Below, piece after piece: positions 49,133 to 57,945 of a stretch of 64,000 bases of DNA. How positions within the stretch are numbered: position 1 is the stretch's first letter; every line of letters begins with the position of its first letter. The notes beneath the pieces were generated by a model. It was given only the letters and a program-made list of their open reading frames with translations. It had not been told where the DNA came from and did no database searches. A program made the translations under genes and the position numbers. The stretch is from sequence record SRR2962707_2599. One strand, given 5' to 3'.

Positions 49133-51679
49133 ATGAGCAAACTGCCCATTGGTTCGAAGATGCGATCAGCGGCTAATCTGGCCATGCGCGCCAAAAACTC
49201 TGTAGAACGACGCCGCCAACAAGGCCCGTACAAAGGGTATGTTGATGGTTTGTCCGACGACGGGGTAATCCGTGGGTGGGTCATTGATCGGCGCACCAAT
49301 AAGGGCCGGGTCGAAATCGGCCTGTTTGCCGGAGACATGCTGCTAGAGCACAGCTATGCCAGCGTGATCCGCGAAGACGTGCGTTCCGCCACGGGCGGCA
49401 CGGTAGATTGCGGATTTCAGTTCCAACTATCCGATAGCCTGTTCCAAAAAATCTGTCAGACGGATGGCCGTCTGACAGTCCGCACCCAAGGCAAGGATGT
49501 GCACGAGATTGGTTCTTTCCAACTGCCGATCTCAGACCTTAATCCACCGGTGGATGCTGATGACATCACCAATTGCCGCCGGGTTTTGGACGCTGAGCTG
49601 GAAACGTTGATGGGCTTACTCGAAGACACGCCCGAGCTTGACGGTCCACTGCCTCCAATTGTTCAGCCTGACTTCATCCCCCATGCTAAAATGTTCACCA
49701 CCGACCGCGTGATCCCCGAGATCCCGCTCAGTGGTCATCCGGCCTATTTGGACTATGTCCGCTACCGGTATCGCATGGACGAATCCTACAAGGTTGAGCC
49801 CGAGTTAGATTCCAAAGACCGCTATCTTTATTGGTACCTGACGGCCTATCGCTCGGCGGAAAAACGTCGGGTCCCGCTGAGCCGCGATATTCTGGACTAC
49901 CTGAACGAAAACATCGTGATGGCAGGCCAGACCCACAGCCTGAGCCGGATCATGTGGTGGCGTTTCACCGGGCGCCCGGATTTGATGGCCCATACCAACC
50001 TGAATGACCGTGACAGCTATCTGAATTGCCTGTTCTGGTGGGCACATCAGGACTGTACGCATATGTATTTCGAAGATTGCATGGTCCCAGACCGGTTTGC
50101 CGATCTATTGCGTGGGGTGCACCCATCGCGGCGGCTTGATGCCTATCCTCTCAGCTATTTCACCGAACGTTATTTCAACGATTCCCCCAAGCTGCACTTC
50201 CTGCGTCCCGGCACAGCCGAAGGCCGCAAAGTTCTGGGTCTGACCATGTTACTCTCGGCGGCCATACGCCCGGATCTACTGCGCTATATACCACATGGCA
50301 TCATAAACAAGTTGCTGGCGCCAAATGACGAAAACGAAGGCAGCGTGTCGGATTTCGAGCTCTTTGTGAACGATTTGCTGGGCGACGACGCTGACCCTGT
50401 TTCGCTGACGCGGGATCGCTTTGCTGCCGCCCTGCGCCTGAAAGATTTCGACCTGAACAGCTATCAGTTCCTGACACTGGACCGCGCAGGCAACCGGTTT
50501 GAAGCCGCCGCCATACCGGCCCCTGATGACGACCGCCCCGAGGTCGATGTGCAACTGATCGGCCCCTTGGGCAAAGCCTCTGGTCTGGGTCAGGCGACAC
50601 GTCTGTCCGCCGCCGTACTGCGCGAAACCGGTCTGTCGATCCGGGGGGTGGACTTCGATCTGGACAACCCCGCCCCGGTTGGCTTTAGCAGCGACACGCT
50701 GATCGAAGAATATGGCCCCGCCAAGATCAACATGATCCACCTGAACGCGGAATCCATTCCGCTGGCCTTTGCCTATCAACCCGACGTCTTCTCTGGAAAA
50801 TACAACATCGGGTACTTCTTCTGGGAACTCGATACCCCCGCCTATTGCCACTATCTCGGCATGGACATGCTGGACGAAATCTGGGTCTCAACCGAATATG
50901 GCGTCGAGATTTATAAGCCGGACGCCAACGGCACGCCGGTCATCAATGTCGGCATGTGTTTTGAGGACAATAACGACACGATCAAACGCGATGATTCCCG
51001 CGCCTTTGTGAACGGCCGTTTCCGGTTCACGGATGATCACTATGTCTGCCTTGTGGCCTTTGACAGCTTCTCTTTCGTGCAACGCAAAAACCCGGTCAGC
51101 GTATTGAAAGCCTTCCAAAAGGCTTTTGAAGGCGTGCCGAATGCGCGGCTTGTGGTCAAAACCCAGAACCGGGACAACGTGTTTGATCCGGTTCAGGTTC
51201 AGCTTTGGGATCGTGTTGACGCGATCACCTCCTCTGATCCGCGGATCGTGATCCTGAACGAGACGCTGACATATCACGATCTTCTTCGCCTGAAGGCCGG
51301 ATCCGATTGCTATATCTCGCTTCACAAATCCGAAGGCTGGGGTTTTGGCATGATCGAAGCCATGAACCTGAATGTGCCTGTCGTCTGTACGTCTTATTCC
51401 GGCAATATGGATTTCTGCTCGGACGACACCGCCTGGATGGTGGATTACGAAGAGGTTCAGCTACAGCCTGGGGAATATATCTTTATTCGCCCCGGATCGG
51501 TCTGGGCTGAACCCAGCGTTGATCATGCGGCACAGCAGCTGCGGGCCGCCTATGACAACCCGGATCAGCGCCGGGCCAAAGCAGCCGCAGCTTATGCCAA
51601 TATCAGTGCAAACTTCTCGGCCGAGGCGATTGCTCAGCGATATGGCGGCCGTCTGCGGGAAATTCTGGAGACCTTGTGA
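49133..51679 (+). CDS. Large GT4 glycosyltransferase with uncharacterised N-terminal domains
   Basis: IGYFFWEL, RKNP, SLHKSEGWGFGMIEAM, YSGNMDF. Confidence 0.85.
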   Translation: MSKLPIGSKMRSAANLAMRAKNSVERRRQQGPYKGYVDGLSDDGVIRGWVIDRRTNKGRVEIGLFAGDMLLEHSYASVIREDVRSATGGTVDCGFQFQLSDSLFQKICQTDGRLTVRTQGKDVHEIGSFQLPISDLNPPVDADDITNCRRVLDAELETLMGLLEDTPELDGPLPPIVQPDFIPHAKMFTTDRVIPEIPLSGHPAYLDYVRYRYRMDESYKVEPELDSKDRYLYWYLTAYRSAEKRRVPLSRDILDYLNENIVMAGQTHSLSRIMWWRFTGRPDLMAHTNLNDRDSYLNCLFWWAHQDCTHMYFEDCMVPDRFADLLRGVHPSRRLDAYPLSYFTERYFNDSPKLHFLRPGTAEGRKVLGLTMLLSAAIRPDLLRYIPHGIINKLLAPNDENEGSVSDFELFVNDLLGDDADPVSLTRDRFAAALRLKDFDLNSYQFLTLDRAGNRFEAAAIPAPDDDRPEVDVQLIGPLGKASGLGQATRLSAAVLRETGLSIRGVDFDLDNPAPVGFSSDTLIEEYGPAKINMIHLNAESIPLAFAYQPDVFSGKYNIGYFFWELDTPAYCHYLGMDMLDEIWVSTEYGVEIYKPDANGTPVINVGMCFEDNNDTIKRDDSRAFVNGRFRFTDDHYVCLVAFDSFSFVQRKNPVSVLKAFQKAFEGVPNARLVVKTQNRDNVFDPVQVQLWDRVDAITSSDPRIVILNETLTYHDLLRLKAGSDCYISLHKSEGWGFGMIEAMNLNVPVVCTSYSGNMDFCSDDTAWMVDYEEVQLQPGEYIFIRPGSVWAEPSVDHAAQQLRAAYDNPDQRRAKAAAAYANISANFSAEAIAQRYGGRLREILETL

Positions 51680-51750
51680 TCTGAAAAACGCTGTCCCCCG
51701 GGCAAATCAGCTCTGGGGACAGAGACGCGCCTAGCAGAAAAGTGTGCACC

Positions 51751-52653
51751 ATGAGCCTGACTGAGACGGAAGTTAAACTGGCCTACCAGCTGTTGCTGAA
51801 CAGGATCCCGACGGGTCCCGAAGTGGAAAACATGATCCAGAATCATGACTCCCTGCTCTCTCTGCGTACGGCCTTTATGAACTCTGATGAGTTTGACAAA
51901 AAATATCTCCTGCATACGCAAAAAGCGACGTCCGGCGCACCGACGCTTCTACACCTGCATATCCCCTGTACAGCCGGTACAACCCTGTCCGAAGCTTTGC
52001 TTGAAAATCCCAAGATGCAGCCCAGCCGGGTCTGCCATGATCTTGACCTAGAGCCGATCCGCAATCTCGCACGACCAAAACGCCGGGAACTGCGCTATTT
52101 GCGCGGTCACTTGGCAATGGGTATCGGCGACGTGTTGCGTACGCCCTACATCAACGTCTGCCTGATCCGGAAACCGGGGCCCCGACTGTTTAGCGTCTAT
52201 CAAGCCATCCGCCGCACCCAAGACCACCCAGCGCATAAAACGCTGATAGAAAAAAGCATGAGCTTTGGTGACTATCTGGAATACAGCGTTAATGAAGCGC
52301 CTCACCGGATTGAATTGGACAACGGTCAGGTCCGGCGATTGTCTGGGCATTTCACAGAAGAAAGCATCGGCCATGAACAGCTTTTGCTTCAGCTCGCCCT
52401 GACCCACAGCCTCTCACCGCAGAATTTGATCGGTTTTGTTGAACATTTCGATCATTTTGCCAATCGTTTGGTCGAAGAAGGATTTCTGCCTGAGGCAAAT
52501 CTTGAAAAGTTCAACGTGTCCCCCGAGGCTGGCCTATATGACGAAACGATTGCCAAGCTCACTAAAAGCCAACGTGAGATTTTTGACAGCTATATCGCTT
52601 GGGACCAGTATCTCTACACAGTTTGCGAGACGCTTATGGCCCCAAAAGACTGA
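51751..52653 (+). CDS. Sulfotransferase-2-like protein with a short DUF4214-like N-terminus
   Basis: AYQLLLNRIP...FMNSDEF; HLHIPCTAGTT; LRGH; IRKPGPRLFS. Confidence 0.6.
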   Translation: MSLTETEVKLAYQLLLNRIPTGPEVENMIQNHDSLLSLRTAFMNSDEFDKKYLLHTQKATSGAPTLLHLHIPCTAGTTLSEALLENPKMQPSRVCHDLDLEPIRNLARPKRRELRYLRGHLAMGIGDVLRTPYINVCLIRKPGPRLFSVYQAIRRTQDHPAHKTLIEKSMSFGDYLEYSVNEAPHRIELDNGQVRRLSGHFTEESIGHEQLLLQLALTHSLSPQNLIGFVEHFDHFANRLVEEGFLPEANLEKFNVSPEAGLYDETIAKLTKSQREIFDSYIAWDQYLYTVCETLMAPKD

Positions 52654-52787
52654 CCCATCCATCCCACAGCAACGTTGCTCTTGCTAACGTCTGATCAATG
52701 CGTTGAAACGCACAGACAACCACAGCGCAGTTGCTGCGGAACTTCTAGGTAAACGACACGGTTACGCCCGGTTAAAGGAGATCTTTC

Positions 52788-52970
52788 ATGAACAAAGAAC
52801 AGAGCCACGTCCTCGACCGTCTGGCCGAGAGACTGGGGCGCTCCGTTTTGGGAAGACGTGAAAAAACCTGGCGTTCCCCTACCCTGATAGACACTGATCT
52901 GCACATGATCCAAACCCAAAAACAGAGCGCAACCAAGAAGGCACAGCGCCTGATTGACGGCCTCGTGTAG
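52788..52970 (+). CDS. Small hypothetical protein (60 aa)
   Basis: AAGGAG RBS 7 nt before the ATG; co-oriented with its neighbours. Confidence 0.5.
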   Translation: MNKEQSHVLDRLAERLGRSVLGRREKTWRSPTLIDTDLHMIQTQKQSATKKAQRLIDGLV

Positions 52971-53035
52971 CAAGATGAGATCGTATATGACTTCGCCAAA
53001 TCCATTTACACTGCAACTTGAGGGCTCCTGTTCCT

Positions 53036-54478
53036 ATGCCTAAAACCATTCAGATTACTCCCATCCTTCTTTGTGGCGGCTCCGGCACGCGTCTGTGGCC
53101 TTTGTCGCGCAAGAGCTTTCCAAAGCAATTCACAGATGTTGTCGGCGACGACAGCCTGTTTCAGGCTTCTGCCGCCCGTTTCACCGGAGCCGGCTTTGCC
53201 GACCCGATTGTCGTCACCGGCAATGACTTCCGCTTTATCGTGACTGAGCAACTTGATGAGCTGAACATTGCCGCCTCAGGCATCATGATCGAGCCTGAGG
53301 GGCGCAACACAGCCCCTGCGGCCGTTGCAGCAGCCCTTTTCGCCGCCAAGCAAGACCCAGATGCGATGATCCTGCTGGTCCCTTCAGATCATGCCGTTGC
53401 AAACCCCGAAGAGTTCCGCGCTGCGGTCTCCCAAGGCCAAGTGGCCGCGGCAGAGGGCCAAATCGTCACCTTCGGCATCGGGGCCTCGCGCGCGGAAACC
53501 GGTTATGGCTGGCTCGAAGCCGGTGCACAGACTCATGATGGTGTGCACACCCTGACCCGCTTTATCGAAAAGCCCGATGCCGCCCGCGCCGCAGAGCTGT
53601 TTGCCGATAAGAAGAATCTCTGGAACGCAGGTGTCTTCCTCGCCTCGGCTCAGACACTGATCGACGCCTTCAAAGCCCATGCTCCTGAAATCCTCACAGC
53701 GGTTGAGGCTGCTCTGGATGCAGGTTCCGAGGATCTGAGCTTTACCCGCATCGACCCCGATCTTTGGGCCAAAGTGCCGGAAGACTCGATCGATTATGCC
53801 GTGATGGAAAAAGCCGACAACGTCAGCGTTGTGCGCTTTGATGGTCACTGGTCGGATTTGGGCAGCTGGGAATCGGTCTGGCAGGAATCTGCCAAGGACG
53901 ACAACGGCAACGCCCGCTCGGATCACACCACGGCCTTTGATTGCGAAGGCTCGTTGTTGCGCTCTGAAAGCGACGAGATCGAACTGGTGGGTATTGGCCT
54001 GAAAAACGTCGTCGCCGTGGCCATGCGCGATGCGGTGATGGTTGCCGATATGTCCGACAGCCAGAACGTCAAAAAGGCGGTTCAGGTTCTCAAAGAACGT
54101 CAGGCTCCGCAGGCGGTGCAATTCCCCATGGACCACCGCCCCTGGGGCTGGTTCGAAAGCCTTGTGGTTGGCGGCCGTTTTCAGGTGAAACGCATTCACG
54201 TGAACCCCGGCGCGGCCCTCAGCCTGCAAAGCCACCACCACCGCTCTGAACATTGGATCGTTGTTGAAGGTACCGCCAAGGTCACCGTCGATGATGAGGT
54301 CAAGCTGGTGACAGAAAACCAGTCGGTCTACATCCCCTTGGGCGCAGTGCACCGCATGGAAAACCCCGGCAAGGTGCCCATGGTTCTGATCGAAGTACAG
54401 ACCGGCTCTTATCTGGGCGAAGACGACATCATCCGCTACGAAGATGTCTATTCGCGCGGCCAGGGCGCCAAGGGCTAA
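53036..54478 (+). CDS. manC: Mannose-1-phosphate guanylyltransferase / mannose-6-phosphate isomerase
   Basis: GGSGTRLWPLSR..PKQF, EPEGRNTAPA, SIDYAVME, cupin LSLQSHHHRSEHW. Confidence 0.96.
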   Translation: MPKTIQITPILLCGGSGTRLWPLSRKSFPKQFTDVVGDDSLFQASAARFTGAGFADPIVVTGNDFRFIVTEQLDELNIAASGIMIEPEGRNTAPAAVAAALFAAKQDPDAMILLVPSDHAVANPEEFRAAVSQGQVAAAEGQIVTFGIGASRAETGYGWLEAGAQTHDGVHTLTRFIEKPDAARAAELFADKKNLWNAGVFLASAQTLIDAFKAHAPEILTAVEAALDAGSEDLSFTRIDPDLWAKVPEDSIDYAVMEKADNVSVVRFDGHWSDLGSWESVWQESAKDDNGNARSDHTTAFDCEGSLLRSESDEIELVGIGLKNVVAVAMRDAVMVADMSDSQNVKKAVQVLKERQAPQAVQFPMDHRPWGWFESLVVGGRFQVKRIHVNPGAALSLQSHHHRSEHWIVVEGTAKVTVDDEVKLVTENQSVYIPLGAVHRMENPGKVPMVLIEVQTGSYLGEDDIIRYEDVYSRGQGAKG

Positions 54479-54510
54479 ATCTCGGCTTTCACCGTCACTG
54501 ATAAGATATC

Positions 54511-54539
54511 AAGGCACGCCATTAAGGCGGGCCTTTTTT
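54511..54539 (+). terminator. Rho-independent terminator
   Basis: AAGGCACGCC-ATTAA-GGCGGGCCTT stem (one mismatch) running into a T tract. Confidence 0.7.
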
Positions 54540-54553
54540 GCCTGCTCTCAGGT

Positions 54554-55645
54554 TCAGAACCAGCGGCCAATCGCTGTCAGATTGAGATCAGGAAGCGCAA
54601 TACTGGTGAAGGTACTTGGCCGCGCCGCGCGCACCGACCATTGGGTATCGATGGCCGAAACCGCAAAGAGCAACCCGCTGGGAAACAACTGAGAGCTAAA
54701 CCCACCAAACACATCCTGTCCGGCCATAAAGGACATGGGCATAGCAAAAGACAGCGTATCCGTGCGGTGCATCCCCCCACTGCTTGAGGTGCTGGACTGC
54801 GTGCCTAACACCACTTTGCGGGTACAAATCTGCGTCCCATCAGCAAAGCGCACATACTCCCCATTGGCCAAGCTGCCCCGTTCAATCACCGCACCGGTGG
54901 GTGCCCCCGCCGACTGGCTGACCGGTCCCAACAGATTGCCCGGCCCAAAGACATAATCCGCCCGCGCCAGACGGCCCGCGGTTACATCGCTGGCCGAGAC
55001 CTGCACCGCCGCGCCCGTCACCCGCCCTGTGGCGGCGGCAACACTCAGCGCTGTGGTCCAGCCCGTTCCATCTGCCGACACCTTGATGGCAAAGTCATCG
55101 CTCCCCGAGGTGCCCATCTCCGCCCGCCCGGACCAGCCGGTCTGAAACAACAGGCTGGCAGTCTCTCCGGCCAGGGCCTTGTTAACCTTAAGCTGATGCC
55201 CCGCGCCTTCATGGCTCAGCAAAGTGGCAGCGGCGGACACCGCCAGACGGTTGGTCCCATCGGCTGATGTGTTGATCCCCACCCCCGGCAGATTGTCCAT
55301 CTCCGGCCCCAGGCTTTGCCAGGTGTTTTGCAGATATATCAGGCTCTGTTCCTGCCCAAGATCAAAGGCCCGCCACCCCGAGCGCGGTGTCAAAAACGTC
55401 CAGCCTCCGCCCTCGAACACCGCCAAAGCGCCGTCTTGTCCGTTCCAGGCGCCGCTGGCCCCGGTCGCCACAATATAGCGTGCGCCGTCGATCGGCAGCG
55501 CCGGGGGAACGGTCAACGTACAATCTTCGACGGTCAGCTGTACCAGCGCATCCAGCCGTTGCAGAGCCGCATTATGGGTCACGTGCTTTTGCGCCTGCGA
55601 CGGTTGAATATAGGGCATCGACAGGTTCGCGGATATTTCCGGCAT
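54554..55645 (-). CDS. DUF2793 protein, GTA tail-fibre homologue (Rcc00171-like) with a phage fibre-type C-terminal domain
   Basis: Start reassigned to 55645 (GAGGAG RBS). LSMPYIQPSQAQKHVTHNAALQRLDALVQ...GAWNGQDG..A.F..GGW.F..P..GW; C-terminal ERGSLANGEYVRFADGTQIC...AIGRWF. Confidence 0.88.
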   Translation of the reverse strand: MPEISANLSMPYIQPSQAQKHVTHNAALQRLDALVQLTVEDCTLTVPPALPIDGARYIVATGASGAWNGQDGALAVFEGGGWTFLTPRSGWRAFDLGQEQSLIYLQNTWQSLGPEMDNLPGVGINTSADGTNRLAVSAAATLLSHEGAGHQLKVNKALAGETASLLFQTGWSGRAEMGTSGSDDFAIKVSADGTGWTTALSVAAATGRVTGAAVQVSASDVTAGRLARADYVFGPGNLLGPVSQSAGAPTGAVIERGSLANGEYVRFADGTQICTRKVVLGTQSSTSSSGGMHRTDTLSFAMPMSFMAGQDVFGGFSSQLFPSGLLFAVSAIDTQWSVRAARPSTFTSIALPDLNLTAIGRWF

Positions 55646-55681
55646 CAGCAGCTCTCCTCGTAAATCGGTTGAAGGGCACGC

Positions 55682-55699
55682 TATAGAAGCATTGGTAAA
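55682..55699 (-). promoter_or_regulatory. Candidate GTA-gene promoter motif TTTACCAATGCTTCTATA
   Basis: 36 nt upstream of the DUF2793 ATG; 13/18 identical to 506-523. Confidence 0.4.
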
Positions 55700-55811
55700 C
55701 GTTCCGTCGCCCCAGCGCACGTTGCAAGGCTCGGACTGGTTGCATGGCCCCTCTACTCCGGGCATTATCTTGCAGCAAGAAAACCAAGTCATTTTAACAA
55801 AGAGATTCCAT

Positions 55812-57212
55812 ATGCCCCCCAAATTTGGAACCAGTGGCCTGCGCGGCCTCGTGACCGAGCTGACCCCCGCGCTGATCACCGATTATACCCGCGCCTTTCT
55901 GGCCGCCTGCCCCAATGGCGGTGCGGTACATGTGGGTTGGGATCTACGCCCCTCATCGCCAGATATCGCCGACGTTGTAATCGCCGCCGTACAGGCCGCC
56001 GGATTGCGCGCCATCAATCTGGGCCCGGTGCCGACCCCCGCGCTGGCGCTTGGCTCTATGGGGGCCGGACATGCCGCGATCATGATCACCGGCAGCCATA
56101 TCCCGGCAGACCGCAACGGGCTCAAATTCTACGTGCCCGGCGGCGAGGTCTCTAAGGAAGATGAAGCCGCGATCAACGCCAATCTCGGCAAGACCTGGGA
56201 GATCGCCGAAACGGCCGCCCCGGTGGAAACCGCCCCGGAAACCGCACAGACCTATATCGATCGCTACACCCATGCCTTTGGCGCGGATGCGCTGGCGGGT
56301 CTGACCATCGGGGTCTATGAACACAGTTCGGTGGCGCGCGATATCATGGTGCAGGCTGTAACCGCTTTGGGCGGTACGCCGGTCTCACTGGCGCGCTCGG
56401 ACGTGTTTATCCCGGTCGACACCGAAGCCGTTGACCCAGAAACCCGCAGCCTGCTGGCCGGCTGGTGCCGGGACAACGGGCTGGATGCGCTGATCTCGAC
56501 GGATGGCGATGCGGACCGCCCGATGCTGACCGATGCCAATGGCACCATCGTGCCCGGCGACGTCTTGGGCGCACTCACCGCGCGGATGCTCAAGGCCAAG
56601 ACCCTGTGCACACCGGTCTCTTCTAACAGCATGGTCGGCGACATGGCCGAATTCACCACCATCACGCGCACCCGCATCGGCTCCCCCTTTGTGATCGCCG
56701 CGATGGAAGAGGCCCTGAGCCAAGACCCTGCGGCGACTGTGGTCGGCTATGAGGCCAACGGCGGTTTCCTTCTGGGCTTTGACGCCCAAGGTCCTGCGGG
56801 CAAGATCACCCCCCTGGCCACCCGGGATTGCCTGTTGCCGATGGTGGCCCCACTGGCGGATGCCAAGGCCAAGGGGATATCTGTCGCCGAGCTGGTCGCC
56901 GGCCTGCCCGCCTGCTTTACCGCCGCGGACCGGGTTGCCGAAGTGCCGACCGAAAAGTCCAAGGCATTCATCGCCGATCTGATCGACAGCCCGGACGCCC
57001 GCGCTGCCTTTTTTGACACGATGGGGCCGGAACAGAGCCTGAATTTAACCGATGGCTTGCGGGTGACCTTTACCTCGGGCGCCGTCGTGCACCTGCGCCC
57101 CTCCGGCAATGCCCCAGAGTGCCGTTGCTACGCAGAGGCAGGCAGCCCCGCTGAAGCGGCCGCGCTGGTGGTCTCTCACTTGGGTAAACTCAAGGCTCAG
57201 CTGGCAGGATAA
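55812..57212 (+). CDS. manB: Phosphomannomutase
   Basis: Start reassigned to MPPKFGTSGLRG; MITGSHIPADRNGLKFY, DGDADRP, GYEANGG, HLRPSGNAPE. Confidence 0.93.
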   Translation: MPPKFGTSGLRGLVTELTPALITDYTRAFLAACPNGGAVHVGWDLRPSSPDIADVVIAAVQAAGLRAINLGPVPTPALALGSMGAGHAAIMITGSHIPADRNGLKFYVPGGEVSKEDEAAINANLGKTWEIAETAAPVETAPETAQTYIDRYTHAFGADALAGLTIGVYEHSSVARDIMVQAVTALGGTPVSLARSDVFIPVDTEAVDPETRSLLAGWCRDNGLDALISTDGDADRPMLTDANGTIVPGDVLGALTARMLKAKTLCTPVSSNSMVGDMAEFTTITRTRIGSPFVIAAMEEALSQDPAATVVGYEANGGFLLGFDAQGPAGKITPLATRDCLLPMVAPLADAKAKGISVAELVAGLPACFTAADRVAEVPTEKSKAFIADLIDSPDARAAFFDTMGPEQSLNLTDGLRVTFTSGAVVHLRPSGNAPECRCYAEAGSPAEAAALVVSHLGKLKAQLAG

Positions 57213-57222
57213 CCCTGTAATA

Positions 57223-57912
57223 GGGGTCCATTGCGAATAGGGACAGAATCCTGCGCTCAGGAAATCTTGGGGTTCTGTCCCAGTTGAACTTGTTCGATCA
57301 TTCGCCCCGTAGGCCTGAGACCTGCCTGACAGCATTTTTGGCAAAAGCAGACAGGGCTTCAATTGGGGCCGTGAAGGTCAGCAAAGCGGGACCTTGCTGC
57401 CGTTGATTGCATTCCACAAAGCGCTCGTTTAACGGGAGGGTATGGAAATCCTAGCCAAAATATACCGCTGGAAGCGCATACAGCCGGGCGGCTCCAAACA
57501 AGGTAGAACAAATGGAGAACACAATCACGACCTCATCAAATGGCAGCACTTGGGAGATTGTGCCTGCCAATACTATCGCGGGAATAATTCTCGCGGTGCT
57601 GTTTTTCTACTTGTTTTTCAGACATATGCTCTTCGTCCTAATGTTCATGGACGTGATCCTTGGATGGCTCCGTAAGTTTGGTTGGTTCCCAAAGGAAGGG
57701 AAACGCCGCAAAACAATAATTCATTGGGTTATCGCCCTAGGCCTATTCTTTGGGTTCCTTGCCGTTGCAGGTTCTGCGGGTTGGTTAGAGTTCATCCCTA
57801 AGTAAATGACTCCGTCCTCAGTAGGCCATTCGGGCTCAAAGCTGACATTCACGGCCCCCAAAACCAAGGCCCGCCGTAGCGCCGGATTCTGCCCCTATCC
57901 GCAACTGACCCC
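57223..57912. mobile_element. Non-autonomous Tn3-family cassette (MITE/MIC-like), 690 bp
   Basis: 38-bp terminal IRs at 57223-57260 and 57875-57912 (31/38 identical, both start GGGGTC); direct repeat GTAATA at 57217-57222 and 57913-57918; no transposase. Confidence 0.85.
57512..57805 (+). CDS. Small membrane protein (97 aa), passenger of the cassette
   Basis: Two or three hydrophobic helices; visibly AT-richer than the flanks. Confidence 0.7.
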   Translation: MENTITTSSNGSTWEIVPANTIAGIILAVLFFYLFFRHMLFVLMFMDVILGWLRKFGWFPKEGKRRKTIIHWVIALGLFFGFLAVAGSAGWLEFIPK

Positions 57913-57945
57913 GTAATAGGGTCTAAAAACCGGACCAGATGGGGC

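Noticed and set aside
22725-54352. Long antisense or alternative-frame ORFs (e.g. 22725-23885, 26551-27708, 32538-33434, 33851-34849, 40718-41689, 53384-54352)
   Set aside because: Shadow ORFs opposite well-supported genes in GC-rich DNA; no recognisable motifs.
54554-55645. Prophage remnant suggested by the tail-fibre gene
   Set aside because: No integrase, capsid, terminase or other phage genes nearby; the gene is intact with an RBS and belongs to a family typically found as a dispersed GTA gene.
55646-55879. N-terminal extensions of the DUF2793 ORF (to 55879) and the manB ORF (from 55692), which would overlap head-to-head
   Set aside because: Family-typical N-termini and RBS placement give starts at 55645 and 55812, leaving a normal divergent intergenic region.
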